Shown here piece after piece: positions 50,507-63,151 of a DNA stretch of 64,000 bases; position 1 is the first letter of the stretch, and every line of letters begins with the position of its first letter. This stretch comes from Takakia lepidozioides. Taxonomy: Eukaryota > Plantae > Bryophyta. The notes under the pieces are model-generated. The model was not told the DNA's origin and searched no databases. It was given only the letters and a program-made list of their open reading frames with translations. The position numbers and the translations under genes were made by a program. Location of the stretch: positions 55,304,001 through 55,368,000 of the forward strand of contig CM060733.1 in NCBI GenBank assembly GCA_030704615.1, given 5' to 3'.

Positions 50507-51853
50507 ATGCAACGTCCAAAGATGAAGTTCGTGTACAGTTGCTTTGTCTCATGTCTCATTGTGCTGGTTTTCACTCATCTGTGGGCGGGCCGAGACCCTG
50601 GTCGGCCGCACCCACCCGGTCTCAACGTAGAGCTCTCAATATCATCGACTTGCGATGGAAAACGCGTGTACATGTATGATCTACCATCGGAATTCAACAG
50701 TGCTCTCCTGGAAAAATGTAATTATAGATTGGTCTCCTGGATGGATTTCTGCGCACATTTTGTGAATTGCGGATTCGGACAGCCTATTGTCAATTCGCCC
50801 TTTGAGATTTTCAAGGAGGATTGGTATGGCACCGATGCCTACATGCTGGAGGTCATTTTCTACACACGCATGCAGACATATCGTTGCCTCACATTGGATC
50901 CAGCAGTGGCAGATGCCTACTTCATTCCCTTCTTCGCAGGGCTAGATGCTCTACCTTATTTGTACACTGCAGATATGCGTTCAAAGAATCAGGGAATTGG
51001 GTTGGTTTCTTGGTTGGCGGCAAACGGAAGTAAGTGGTGGCATCGTCGTGGAGGTCGCGACCATTTTTTGGTCGCTGGGCGAACTGGGTGGGACTTCCAG
51101 GGGTCAGGAACGAAGACAAACGGTTGGGGTACCCATCTTTTCCATTTACCGGAGATTATGAACGTGACGAAATTGGTTCTGGAGAGGAACCCGAATGTGG
51201 AAACTGAACAGGCTATTCCTTACCCAACAAGCTTTCACCCTTCGACAGAAACCAGCTTGGAGCAATGGATTCAGAGAGTAAGAAGTGTCAAACGGACACA
51301 TTTGTTTTCGTTCTCGGGTGCCCCTCGACCCACGCTGACGGAAAGCATCCGCGGAATTCTGCTACAGCAGTGCATGGATACCCCAACCCAATGCTCTCTC
51401 CTTGATTGTAGCAAAATGAAATGCAGTCATAATCCAGAGCCGATCTATGAAAAACTTATTTATGCAGATTTTTGTCTCCAACCCAGGGGCGACACTCCCA
51501 CCCGCCGCTCAACCTTCGACTCCATAATAGCAGGATGCATACCAGTATTCTTCCACGATGACTCGGCCTATACTCAATACACATGGCACCTTCCCAAAGA
51601 TCGAGAAACTTATTCCATTTTTCTAAGTGAAGATGCAATTAGAAATGGATTGGTCGTCAAGAACGTCCTGGCTTCATATTCGAGTGCCCGCATCAAGGAG
51701 ATGCGTGAAACACTTATTTCTCTTATACCCAACGTTTTGTATGGGCATCCTGGAGGCGATAGATTCAAAGACGCCTTCGATAGTAGCATTGAGGGAGTGC
51801 TGCATCAAATTGCCGCCATGAAGGAACCATTACATTACGAACATTTAAATTAA
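50507..51853 (+). CDS. Exostosin/GT47 family xyloglucan glycosyltransferase (MUR3/XLT2/GT19-like), intronless
   Basis: 448-aa ORF with an N-terminal TM anchor and GT47A motifs 'VYMYDLPSEFN', 'WYGTD..MLEVIF', 'GGRDHFLVAGRTGWDF', 'AIPYPTSFHP' and 'FCLQPRGDTPTRRSTFDSIIAGCIPVFF'. Confidence 0.93.
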   Translation: MQRPKMKFVYSCFVSCLIVLVFTHLWAGRDPGRPHPPGLNVELSISSTCDGKRVYMYDLPSEFNSALLEKCNYRLVSWMDFCAHFVNCGFGQPIVNSPFEIFKEDWYGTDAYMLEVIFYTRMQTYRCLTLDPAVADAYFIPFFAGLDALPYLYTADMRSKNQGIGLVSWLAANGSKWWHRRGGRDHFLVAGRTGWDFQGSGTKTNGWGTHLFHLPEIMNVTKLVLERNPNVETEQAIPYPTSFHPSTETSLEQWIQRVRSVKRTHLFSFSGAPRPTLTESIRGILLQQCMDTPTQCSLLDCSKMKCSHNPEPIYEKLIYADFCLQPRGDTPTRRSTFDSIIAGCIPVFFHDDSAYTQYTWHLPKDRETYSIFLSEDAIRNGLVVKNVLASYSSARIKEMRETLISLIPNVLYGHPGGDRFKDAFDSSIEGVLHQIAAMKEPLHYEHLN

Positions 51854-54494
51854 ATTAATTCTGTTTTTTTTCCGACAGTAAGGTCCACTTCGAATCAAGT
51901 TCTCCCCCAACTGATCTCTTCAAGAGCTGTGGCACTAGATTGGAAGTTTGCTTGTACTGGCACCTTTGTCCTTAGTTATTTTGATAGCAGTCTAGGTCTA
52001 CAAGCGCGATGGCCAACAACACTAGCGAGAGAGGGGCAACAAAAGGACATGTCCAAACCATGGCTCTCACCCATGAGACAAGATGACAAGTAGAATCTCC
52101 GATGCTTTCGCAAGGAAGCCTGGGTGTTGCACTTCAGACATCCCAAGAGTTTAACAGCCTCCAACGGCAATTGGCTCTCTTGCTTTGCTTTGGCACATAA
52201 GAGGAAGGTAAGACTAAGGAGCATGACTCAGCACAACATACCAATCAGCGCCTTGACATGGTGTAAGGTACTTTGACCACATTTTCTCCATTGACTTGCA
52301 TGTCTCCTCAAAGTCTCTCTCTACAAGAGAGCCAACAAACCTCCATGGATAAAACTGTCCCTGTCCTCAGGTCTCTAATGGCCCAGCTGTGAGAGTACCT
52401 AGTTTTGTCCAGTTCGATTGATCTAGAAAAGAATCAAGGCCCCTTGACATGTATAATATAACTTCATCTTAAATTTTGAATCGGAAAATTCATTGTGAAA
52501 TAAACTTAAAGTCAACATTGAATCGAACCCTTGGGCGTTGTTTATACATTCAATGTAAAATCTATGCCAAATCCACGGATTTTGATCCAATATTGATGGC
52601 ACATGGAGACATTGGTAGTTCTAAGAATCCACTAACAGCATTGAAGCTTGAGAAGTCGATTAGATGGATATGCAACATGAGTTCTCATTTGTTGCATACA
52701 AATGCTAACATCAATTCATAGATACTTTTGTTCTTATCAAATAAGAATTTTGTGACAGTAATATACTGAATCTTTATTTAAAAAATTTGATGTTTTGATT
52801 AAACTTCAATATCAAGCCAATGGTTTAGACATCTTTACCCAATTCAAATGGAAAATTATCAAATCAAACACTTTACATATAAACAATGTAAAAAAATAAA
52901 AATAGAGGTATTATTTAATTTATGTAGTTGTGACTTGTCAATTTCGTATTTCTTTATTTATCCCATGATATTCAAACTTTCAGATTTTATTATTTTTCTT
53001 TTTAGGGGAATTATTTAACATTTTATAATATATAATTTCTATATATCATATAATACATTACTAATTTCCAATAGGTGGCTTTTCAGATAACATTCAAGAC
53101 GTGCTTTTCATATAAAACAGAAAAAATTGTACAACTGAGTCCCACATCTTGAGAACTCTTTGATTTTCTAACATACAATGCTAGTTGAGAAACCAGCAGC
53201 CATGGATCTACTGAGAAAAGGAACCGGGCTTTCAGATAATGCGAGGATCTCCTATTTTTCCTCCCTTGCATCACTGGCCCTTAATCCCTGGTCTCAAGAA
53301 GCATTGAATTATCAATCCATGGCCACACAATCTAAAGGTACACAACAAAACTAGGACATTTTTCACTGCACCTACTCGGGCAGGGATTGTTACGGCTTGA
53401 CTGCGCTCGTTCTGAGAGCTGCCACACCACAAAAGCTCCATTCAGGTCCCATTTTGCACCGTCCCATTTTACATCTAGACTTCCTCACTAGTGTTCTACC
53501 TCTTCTTAAAGAGTACTCTTCAATCGTATCGGGCAGCTGACACGTGCAGGTGTGACTCAAGTGGCCTGCATTTCTGGACTCACTATGCTTCATAGGATGG
53601 GATCCATAGCAAATTAGGGAGACATAAAGTAGAAGCTGCTTACCACCAGGTTGCCATCCTCCAAGAGGGTAGTGTATCTCAGGGTACAAAAATCACAAGG
53701 AGATGCCAGCGTTGTGTATACATCTGCACGATGACAATACTTGAAGCTTTAAAACTATGGATAAACAACAAAAGCAAACAATGATATTAGATGCACACTC
53801 TAAAATGTAGTGTCTCAGAAGTGATCGGTGCCAAGAGAGCAAAACTAGAGATAAGAGAATGATTTGTGCACATACCTGGGTATACAACAGATCCTCAGTC
53901 CCACCATTTCTTGTAGGGAGTGCGCGCAGAATTATATCTAGACGCCGACAATCACGATGCCAACATGATAGTGCAACCTGATCATAGTGCAAACACTATA
54001 CATGAGGATGACTTAATCCTGAAAGCCAATGTAGCACCGGCTGACACGAGGAGTTTTTCAGACCTATGATGGACGCTGGAACCTTAATTACATCTAGAAA
54101 GTTCTTTCCAACAAAGCCTTTTCTTACGCACTAAAGGAGGTTTGCTATTTCATGAGTATGAGCGGCATGAGCAGAGTAGTAAGACAATCGGTTTTCATGA
54201 GCAGAAGTACAAATTTCAAAAATAAAAAACAATAAAAAAACAATAATTTAATGCAATGTGTCAGGAAAAACAAATATATTATTCGGCCCCTTGAAGGGAA
54301 AATTGCAGTTTTGACAGTTGTGCTCATGATATTTCGTCTTCCGCTCATGCCAATTCCCAGCGACATGTGCAAATATGGCGCCGAATTTCGCGGTAATAGG
54401 GTCCGTACCTGAAAAAACGGTGACGTATTTCGCAGTAATAGGTCTCTCTGGCGAAAAATGGTGCCGAATTCCGCGGCTATAGGTCCCCTCATGA

Positions 54495-54805
54495 CAGGTA
54501 ATTCGGCGCCATTTTTCCAGTGTATGTTCGGACTTAGCCAGTTTTCGGCGCAAAATAGGGAAATTCGGCGCCATTTTTCCAGACATTGTACCAGTGCATG
54601 TTGGGACTTAGCCAGTTTTCGGCCCAAAAAAGAGAAATTCGGCGCCATTTTTCCAGACACGGTACCAGTGCATGTTGGGACTTCGCCAGTTTTCGGCCCC
54701 AAAAAGAGAAATTCGGCGCCATTTTCCAAGACACAGGTACCAGTGTATGTTGGGACTTAGCCAGTTTTCGGCCCCAAAAAGAGAAATTCGGCGCCATTTT
54801 TCCAG
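54495..54805. repeat. Subterminal 74-bp tandem repeat (~x4) containing GAAATTCGGCGCCATTT
   Basis: Units at about 54560, 54634, 54708 and 54783. Confidence 0.85.
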
Positions 54806-54960
54806 AAATGGCCCCACAACTGCTTCTGTTGGATCTCAGTTTGAATGGAATATTGCCTCATTCCAGGAGTTTTGGGGTGCATTTCATTACACTGCAAAAA
54901 AAAGTCTGATACAGCAAAATGCATTTGAAAATATCCATATGGAGGATTCCGTTTGCCCCA

Positions 54961-57900
54961 TCAATGATTTCTGGAATCCCTAAGGAGGAGTTTGTGCAGC
55001 TCGTTCACGCTCAACGCCGGTGCATGAATAAAGTCATCAATAGTCACGTTCATCCTCAACCTCTTCAGGTAGATGTAATACAAATGCTTGCACGGATAAT
55101 ACTTCGAACCCTTCTTTGCTTCCATCAACGAGAAGTCCGTACAATTGCAAGTCGGCTCCACTTCAATCGTAATTGTGTATACATCGTCGCGTACAGCCGA
55201 GCCGGCCCTTGCCATCCGATACACACGCCCAAGGCCGGGTGGGGTACGTCCACGGAGCTCTGAATAGTGCAAGCCATCCCAAGAGCATTGGCAATCCGAG
55301 TCTCATTCAACTTGTTGGGAGGGTGTCGTCTCTTCACTCTTTCCGAATCGCATTGTGGGATGTGCAGAATTGTCCAATCCGTCTCTACTGGACCGAGCAG
55401 TCTGCAATGGCTGGGTCTGAGGAACCGGAAATGCATGGGCCGGGATGTCTGTGCGTTGCACCATTCGAAATCCTGCTGCAGATAGAGCATCCGCCTCATT
55501 CTGAGAGAGGCTGCAACCCGGTGCAACAGGCCAGACGCCCGGAGGCTCCGGCATTCCCTGAATCCCGTACTTGGGCTTGCCAAATACACAGGTCATTATG
55601 TCGTGCCTACAGAACCAAAATGTCTGCGTTGTGGCGTGAGCAAATGTGGGAGTCAAAAATCTGCCGCTGAAACAAGGTGCAGGTACAGCACCGTGTGGGT
55701 TCCTCCGAATCATCTCACCACAGCGTGCTCTCGTATCCACCCGGATGGCGCAGCACTTCCCTCGAAATGCCGGCAATGTCCTCGCAATTCTCCACTGTGA
55801 CTCTGACACTCTTGTCTCCACAATGGGAATGTTGTACTGCTTTACTAGAGATGGCTCGTTATGTTGCCGGGGCAGGCGCCCTGTGCTCAAAGGAGATGGC
55901 GATCTTGAACGTGCAGGACTTGCGGTGCTCGACGAGACCTCCTCGGGCAACATCACCGGACCACGAGGGAGCGTGCGAATATTCTTGTCAGCTCGCCATG
56001 AATCCTCTTCTCCGCCAGGTGCCTCGTCAAGTCTTCGTCTCACTGGACGGGTATGAACATTCCTTCCAAATGTTGGCCTCTTCGCAGCAATGGCGTGTCC
56101 CGAAGGCCCTCTCGCAAGGCCGCCGCCCACTTCCGAGGATTCTTCGATCTAGAGGCAGTCCGCATCAGCATTTCTTGCCTGTCTGGCCCCAAGCCCCACT
56201 GTTTCCCTTTCAAGAACTCGTTGTACCTGCATTGCTGCATAATTGACCTCACAATGTCCTCCGTTGTGGCAGTGAGGATATCCACCAGATGCGCCGCAGA
56301 GGAGGCACGCCAGGAAGAGTGCACTGATTCGGCCATGTTTGTCGTGGGCATGTCGGTGTCGGAGTCGAGACACATTTCCTGCACAAGCACATGTTCAGGT
56401 TACAAGCAAGTTACAAATATGGCCAAGAATAATATTCAACGGGACGCGAATTCGTGCAACTCACCTCCCGCATATAGTCGCCGAACTGGAGGAAACGATA
56501 ATGCCACCATGCTAGCCAACTGACCATTGCTCCCTCGTCTGATTTCCTTACAGCACCTGACGATGTCCACCAAGCCCGTATGCATGCAAACTGTATCTCT
56601 GCATCATCCAAGGTGGGAGCGCGCTTCCATGCAAGGCACATGGAACGGTGCTCCTCTCTGAAATCTGGCGCCACGAGCCTGGTTGTGTACTGCGAAAGGC
56701 TCTGCAGAAAATGGAACCCACAAGATTTCTCCTTGCCTTCCATAGGAACATTGGGGTCTTGCCCGTACACCCTTCGGATGGCAGCCCAATTTGCTTGTGC
56801 GTTGTCCGCCATGAAACCACGGAAATTCGGAGGGGGCAATCCCGCCTTGGCCATCTGTTCGTTTATTCCCTGCCAAAGAAGCATCTCCGATTGTGTGTCA
56901 TCTCCTTTCATCTCACAAATAGCAATTGTCATTAGCATCCTGCAGTGGGTGTCGTAGACATGTGCACCCATTGTCACCCATTGGTGATTTGTAATTCGCT
57001 TGATATGGTCGAACATGACCCAACTGTTTGACAAGTTCCCACTCGTCATCCTGTCGACCAGTTCGACGCCGCTGCCAGGTCCACACGTGGACATTTTGAA
57101 TACGAAACAACGATCTGCCTCAGTCCCTTGTCCTGGAAACCTACTTCCATGAATGTAGTCATATCCACATCATCGCTTCACCTCCAGAATGGAGTGCATA
57201 TCCGAGCCACGCCCAATTTTCTGTTTGCATGAGACAATGTGGTTTCGGACATTCGGTGAACATACGTGGGACACCGACTCCAGCAATGCCTCCATTTCCT
57301 TCTCGTCGAGAGGAACTCTATCGGAGCCGTCTTCCGACATAATTCTGGCCAATGCCATCTTATGGGCGGCTTGGAGCTGTATTTGTTTGGGTTTGGCACC
57401 CGGTCTCAACTTAACCTCCTCCTGAATGAGCTGCTCTGCTTCGTGGGCAGCCTCCCGCGAGTTCCCCCTCGCCAATTTGTGACAATGGGAACCAACGTGT
57501 ATGCAAGCTCGGGTGAGGTCAGGGAAACGGTGCAACACATAGAACTGCTTGGCATTACAAACAGACATGCAGTGTGGTGGTTCTTTGCAATGCGCACACT
57601 TAAATGTGGAGTTCGGAACCTTCTCCTGAGCTCGAAATGGTTGGTGAGCTGTGCCTGTCCAATCGGTCTCGTTCCTGTGACCTCTGGATTTAAAGTGGAA
57701 GCAAGTTGGGGAGAAACACCACAACGCGCCCGCACAAACAACGTAGCGCACCCGCACACCATCGAGCATCTTCATGCTGGTGGTTTTGGTAACGCACCAA
57801 GGATGACCGTCATGTTTTCTATCCATATCTGTCAATATTCCGGACGCCCTCGAGTAGTCCGCCCGAGGAGGGAACTCAAAGAAGATATTACCGTCGACGT

Positions 57901-58553
57901 CGGCGGGAAGGCATGTAACCGATTTAATTGCGAACTTGCTGTAGTCCAGCCCGGCCAGCTCCGACCGGTGTCCCTCCAGGTGAAGCCCTCGCAGAATTTC
58001 AAGAATAGATCGAACTGCGGTGCTCGTGCTGGGAATATGACTCCCTCCTCCACTGACGTCCATTGAGGACTTGCCTGATCTCCAGGACGACCTCGGAACT
58101 TCCATGACCTCGTCTGAGTCGGACAGGTTGTGAACAACCCGGTTCTCGCTCGTCTTCATGGATGGGTTCGGCTCTGGATTTACTTCGTTGCGGACTTCTC
58201 TCTTTGAGGTAGCCACTCTCTGATTCGCGGATTGTTTCGTGGAAGGCGCCAGGATAGAAGGTGCATTTGGCGGGAAAATGAAGTCCCCAACAGCCCTGTA
58301 TATGACACTGTCCGATGGTGGGAACTCGCCATTCCCTGCCATCGCCGAAATCATCGTGGAGCATAACAATACTCTCGACAACAAGGCCGTTAGAGTCCTT
58401 CCTTTCCTCCTCCAAAAAAACCGACCCCGGTTTCAGGTGGTATCGAACGCACAGATATTTCTCCATCACCCGGCAGGTGTCCCCTCTGCACGGAAATGAA
58501 GCTCTATGCTCGTGAGGAGGGCAGTACACTGTAGCGCTCGGGTTTTCCGCCAT
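54961..58553 (-). pseudogene. MULE transposase pseudogene (GCM-like, DDE, Cys-rich, SWIM)
   Basis: Colinear with 19593-23191 ('HDGHPWCVTKT', 'WVMFDHI', 'FMADNAQANW', 'PTTNMAESVHSSW', 'CNC.DF...PCKHLYY'). Frameshifts at ~58330, ~56060 and ~55320; in-frame TGA at 57170-57172. Confidence 0.88.
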
Positions 58554-58769
58554 GGGAGATGTGCACACAAGACTGCCAGGATGGCGTGCGGGGAAGCTCC
58601 CTGGTAGAAGGGGGGATGCAGCGATGGATGCCGACTTGTCTCCGGAATGCGGCCCCTGCTCTTTGCGCAATAACTGCCAACGGTATGCAGTCAGAAAGTG
58701 GGGGGGCCGTCCGGATGATGACGGCTGAAGGGGAGAAGCCGGCACCGTGCCGTCACATTACTACCCCCG

Positions 58770-61010
58770 AATAGAAATTCGGCACCCAATATCCAACAGG
58801 GGAAGCCCGGATGAAGTCGCCTCGGGCGCAGAGGCTGGCGCGTGTGCGACAGAGAACATCCCCTGGATGGAGATTCGGCGCCGAATTTCCATCTGGGCCC
58901 CCCAAAGGAAGTCGTGTCGGGGGGTCAGGCCGAAAACTGGCCGGCATAAAAACATCCCCAGATGGAAAAACGGCGCCGAATTTCCATCCGGGGCAGTTCG
59001 GATGCAGTCGGGGAGGGGGGAGAGGCCGTCACATTTCAACCCCCAGACGGAAATTCGGCACCGAATATCGAACAGGGGACGCCCGGATGAAGTCGCCTCG
59101 GGCGTAGAGGTCGGCACGTGTTCGACAGAGAGCATCCCCTGGATGGAGATTCGGCGCCGAATTTCCATCCGGGCCCCCCCAAAGGAAGTCTTGTCGGGGG
59201 GTCAGACTGAAAACTGGCCGACATAAAAACCTCCCCAGATGGGAAAACGGCGCCGAATTTCAATCCGGGTTCGAATTACCTGCAGTCGGGGAGGGGGGAG
59301 AGGTCGACACCTGGCCGTCATATTTCAACCGCCGGACGGAAATTCGGCACCGAATATCCATCCATCCATCCAGGTAAGTGGAATCCCGGATGGATGGAAA
59401 TTCGGCGCCGTATTTCCATCCCCCAGGTAAGTGGAATCCCGGATGGATGGAATTTCCATCCAGCAGGTAAGTGGAATCCCGGATGGATCGAAATCCGGCG
59501 CCGAATTTCCATCCTGCAGGTAATTCGAATCCCTGTTGGATGGAAATTCGGCCCCGAATTTCCATCCAGCAGGTAAGTCGAATCCCGGATGGATGGAAAT
59601 CCGGCGCCGAATTTCCATCCAGCAGGTAAGTCGGATCGCTGGCGTATGGATATTCGGCGCCAAATTTCCATTCGCCAGGTATTTCATCGCTCAGAATTAC
59701 CTTCCTGCAGGTAATTCCTATTGATGAAGGCAGGAAGGTAATTCCTCGCTCAGAATTACCTGCACGAAGGTAATTCCCAGATGAGAATTACCTGCAGGAA
59801 GGTAATTCTCATCTGGGAATATCCTGCAGGATGGAAATGCGGCGCCGAATTTCCATCCATCCGGGATTCCACTTACCTGCTGGATGGAAATTCGGCGCCG
59901 GATTTCCATTCATCCGGGATTCCACTTACCTGCCGGATGGAAATTCGGCGCCGGATCTCCATCCATCCGGGATTCCACTTACCTGCCGGATGGAAATTCG
60001 GCGCCGGATCTCCATCCATCCGGGATTCCACTTACATGCCGGATGGAAATTCGGCGCCGGATCTCCATCCATCCGGGATTCCACTTACCTGCTGGATGGA
60101 AATTCGGCGCCGGATTTCCATCCATCCGGGATTCCACTTACCTGCTAGATGGAAATACGGCGCCGAATTTCCATCCATCCGGGATTCCACTTACCTGCTG
60201 GATGGAAATTCGGCGCCGGATTTCCATTCATCCGGGATTCGAATTACATGCCGTATGGAAATTCGGCGCCGGATCTCCATCCATCCGGGATTCCACTTAC
60301 TTGCTGGATGGAAATTCGGCGCCGAATTTCCATTCATCCGGGATTCGAATTACATGCCGGATGGAAATTCGGCGCCGGATTTCCATCCATCCGCTTCTGA
60401 AATACTTGCGTGAGGGAAATTTGGCGCGCCGCCCTACCTGCGCGGATGGAAATCCGGCGCCGGATTTCCATCCGCGCGCTTCGGAATTACCTGCGTGAGG
60501 GAAATTTGGCGCGCCGCCCTACCTGCGCGGATGGAAATCCGGCGCCGGATTTCCATCCGCGCGCTTCGGAATTACCTGCGTGAGGGAAATTTGGCGCGCC
60601 GCCCTACCTGCGCGGATGGAAATCCGGCGCCGGATTTCCATCCGCGCGCTTCTGAATTACCTGCGTGAGGGAAATTTGGCGCGCCGCCCTACCTGCGCGG
60701 ATGGAAATCCGGCGCCGGATTTCCATCCGCGCGCTTCTGAATTACCTGCGTGAGGGAAATTTCCAGCGCCGCCCTACCTTGCTGGATGGAAATTCGGCGC
60801 TGAATTTCCATCCTGCTGCGCTCCGAATTACCTGCAGGATGGAAATCCGGCGCCGGAATTCCATCGTGCAGCGCTCCGAATTACCTCTACGTTGGAAATT
60901 CCGGGCCTGTTTACGTCGATTTTCATCCGACATTGATGGCTTCATCCGACATGGATGGCTTCATCCGACATGGATGGCTTCATCCGACATGGATGGCTTC
61001 ATCCGACATT
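58770..61010. repeat. Composite palindrome-bearing satellites: ~276-bp duplication, 53-bp units in both orientations, 85-bp units (x5) and 19-bp units (x4)
   Basis: 53-bp unit GATGGAAATTCGGCGCCGGATTTCCATCCATCCGGGATTCCACTTACCTGCTG at ~59830-60390, with inverted copies at ~59350-59640. 85-bp units start at 60408, 60493, 60578, 60663 and 60748. CATCCGACATGGATGGCTT at ~60925-61008. Confidence 0.9.
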
Positions 61011-61841
61011 TAATTGCGCAGTTGGGCAATAAATGTCGACCGCCGTCGGTTATCATTCGGGCTGGCGACGCATGGCTTCCTGGACACGTACCCTAAATCT
61101 CATGCTAATCTTGGCTTAACATGCTATTCGAGGCATGTACCCCAAAAAAGGAGATCTTTTTGGCTGGGACTTAAGGGCGTGGCTCTCCTGAGAGAGACCT
61201 CACATCCAGACCGCGGCGGAAGTTGAAAGCTCTGTACTACGAACGACGGCCAATCTCTCGCATGGCCAAACTGAAGCTCCAGCAGGAGATTCCAGTGTCT
61301 TGCTCACAACCCGCGCCAACTGAAGCCGAGTACTCTAAGGCAAGCCACTTCTGCTTTTGGTTTGTTCGATTTCTTTTTTGCTTTCGCTTTGTTACCTCGC
61401 TTTGTTTTTGCATCTTCATCCTGGCTTCGTTGGATGAGTGAACTTTAGATAGTTGAGTGAACCTTAGATTGTTTGCAATGCGTGTGCAAATCCGGCAGCT
61501 CTGGAGAAGGCTGCTTGTGCATGTCATTCTCAGGCAATGGTTGCATTTGTTTTCATTGTTGTTGCATGGCTCTCCATACTTCCTAAACTTGTTATGTTTT
61601 CATTTTTGCTACACGATTGTTGCTATGGTGGTTGCGCTGCTCGTTGCGATGCTGGTTTTTGCACCGATGTTGGTTTTCACGATTTTTGTCAATGACAGAG
61701 TGACGACGAGCCCGGCACGCTGGTGGTATCATCGACAGCTCCAACTCATCGCATGTTTGAATCGCCCAACTTGGGGCGAGAGGGCAAACTTAAACCTTTT
61801 GTTGGTGGACGGGAGGACTTGCAGGTGAAGGGCGTGAGGAC

Positions 61842-63088
61842 ATGAGGACAGCATATCCGACAATGGAGGTTGTTCATGCACATGCAGTAGGGCCCGCCCA
61901 CGCAAAGAAAAAGAAGAAAGCTAAGCACATGCAATCCCCGGCGAGAGAGCCGTCACGGGCTGCGGAGGGGGGAGTGAGCAGTGCGCGCGAGGGTGTCAGT
62001 TCGCCTCAATCAAAGGTGGTCGTCCTGGAGGGCTCCCCTGCTGCTAGCCCTAGTAAGAAACAGAAAGCCCGTGAGAGGGCAAAAGAGAGGGCAAAAGAAC
62101 AGACGAGACAGAATGCTAGCCAGGAGGAAAGAGAAAAGGCAGCTGAAGAGGCCAGGGGTGCCCAAATGACAGATGCCAATGTAAGCGAGGGACGCACAGA
62201 GACGGTGGATCCCTCCGAGACACCACAGAGAGGCAGTAACACACCGGTTAGACCATCGCGGGCAAGAGCAGCCCCCGCAATTACCCATACGGTGGAGAGT
62301 GGAGGAGAGGAAAGAACACCTGAAAGAGCACGGATTGTGCAAGTTCGAGGTGAAGCCAAGGAGAGGGCAGTAGAGACGGGGAGAGTGCTGGAGGTGGTTT
62401 CGCAGGTGGCTGACCCTATTGAGGAGGACAACAGGGAGCTTTCTGACCAGGATGACATCCTCCCGGACATCCCCAGGCCCCAAACCCGGAGCATACAGGC
62501 TGGATTTGGCGGTCCTGCTGGGCTGCCGGAAAACCCCTCTGCAGCAGACGTCATGTCTGAGGCGGATATGAAGTTGGCCGCTGCCAAGATGTTGGAGGCA
62601 ACCCACAGCAACATTGGCAGGGTGCTGGGGGGCATGGTGTACCCGGCCAAGCTTCGAATTCCCCTTTGCCGCTTGGTGTCATTGCAGGTGGTGAGACCTG
62701 CCCTCCCAGGCGATATCGACAAGCTGAAATTCTCTTTCCGGGATGGATATCGAATGGGGTCTGCCGCGTTTTACGTTTCCATTGAGAACGACCACGGAGC
62801 TTCCCGTGCCCACACTTCCGATGAGGTGGACAAATGGGGTCCCCATTGGCAAACGCGAAATGAGGAGTTCGAGAGATCGATTGCTAGTGATCCTCTTTTC
62901 CAGCACTTGTCCGGTAAGATGTTCTACGTGTGGGACGGCAATCATCGCCTCCTGGCATGGATGGAGCACATTGCCCAAGCCCACCCCAACGACCTCGATT
63001 GGCATTTCGCCGTGGATTATGTTGTGCTGAAGGTTGCGGGGCCCAAAGATCGCAGTCTTCTCAAAGCTGCAATGGCCGACATCAACTC
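61842..63088 (+). CDS. ParB-domain exon of the element-2 cargo gene; downstream exons cut off by an LTR insertion or outside the window
   Basis: 'THSNIGRVLGGMVYPAKLRIPLCRLVSLQVVRPALPGDIDKLK...MFYVWDGNHRLLAW...AMADIN' matches element-1 exon 1; same splice donor position (63089). A short upstream exon from ATG ~61262 is possible. Confidence 0.75.
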
Positions 63089-63151
63089 GTAAGCTACAAC
63101 CCCTCTCGCTTTTGGACTTTGAATTTGGAAGTCATTTCATTGCAAATCCTC

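Larger units (their letters stand above)
54137..63151 (-). mobile_element. Second, diverged MULE/ParB-MTase element (element 2), inverted relative to element 1; far end not in window
   Basis: Terminus GAGGTTTGCTATTTCATGAG at 54137. Homologous transposase on the minus strand, central palindrome arrays and a homologous ParB exon on the plus strand. Interrupted by an LTR at 63152. Confidence 0.88.

Noticed and set aside
51900-54130. Short ORFs downstream of the GT47 gene
   Set aside because: Short, motif-less and partly AT-rich; treated as intergenic or highly decayed TE sequence.
59260-60500. Repetitive ORFs such as 'MEIRRRISIHPGFHLPAGWKFGA'
   Set aside because: Translations of 53-bp tandem repeats that are open in many frames on both strands; not credible proteins.
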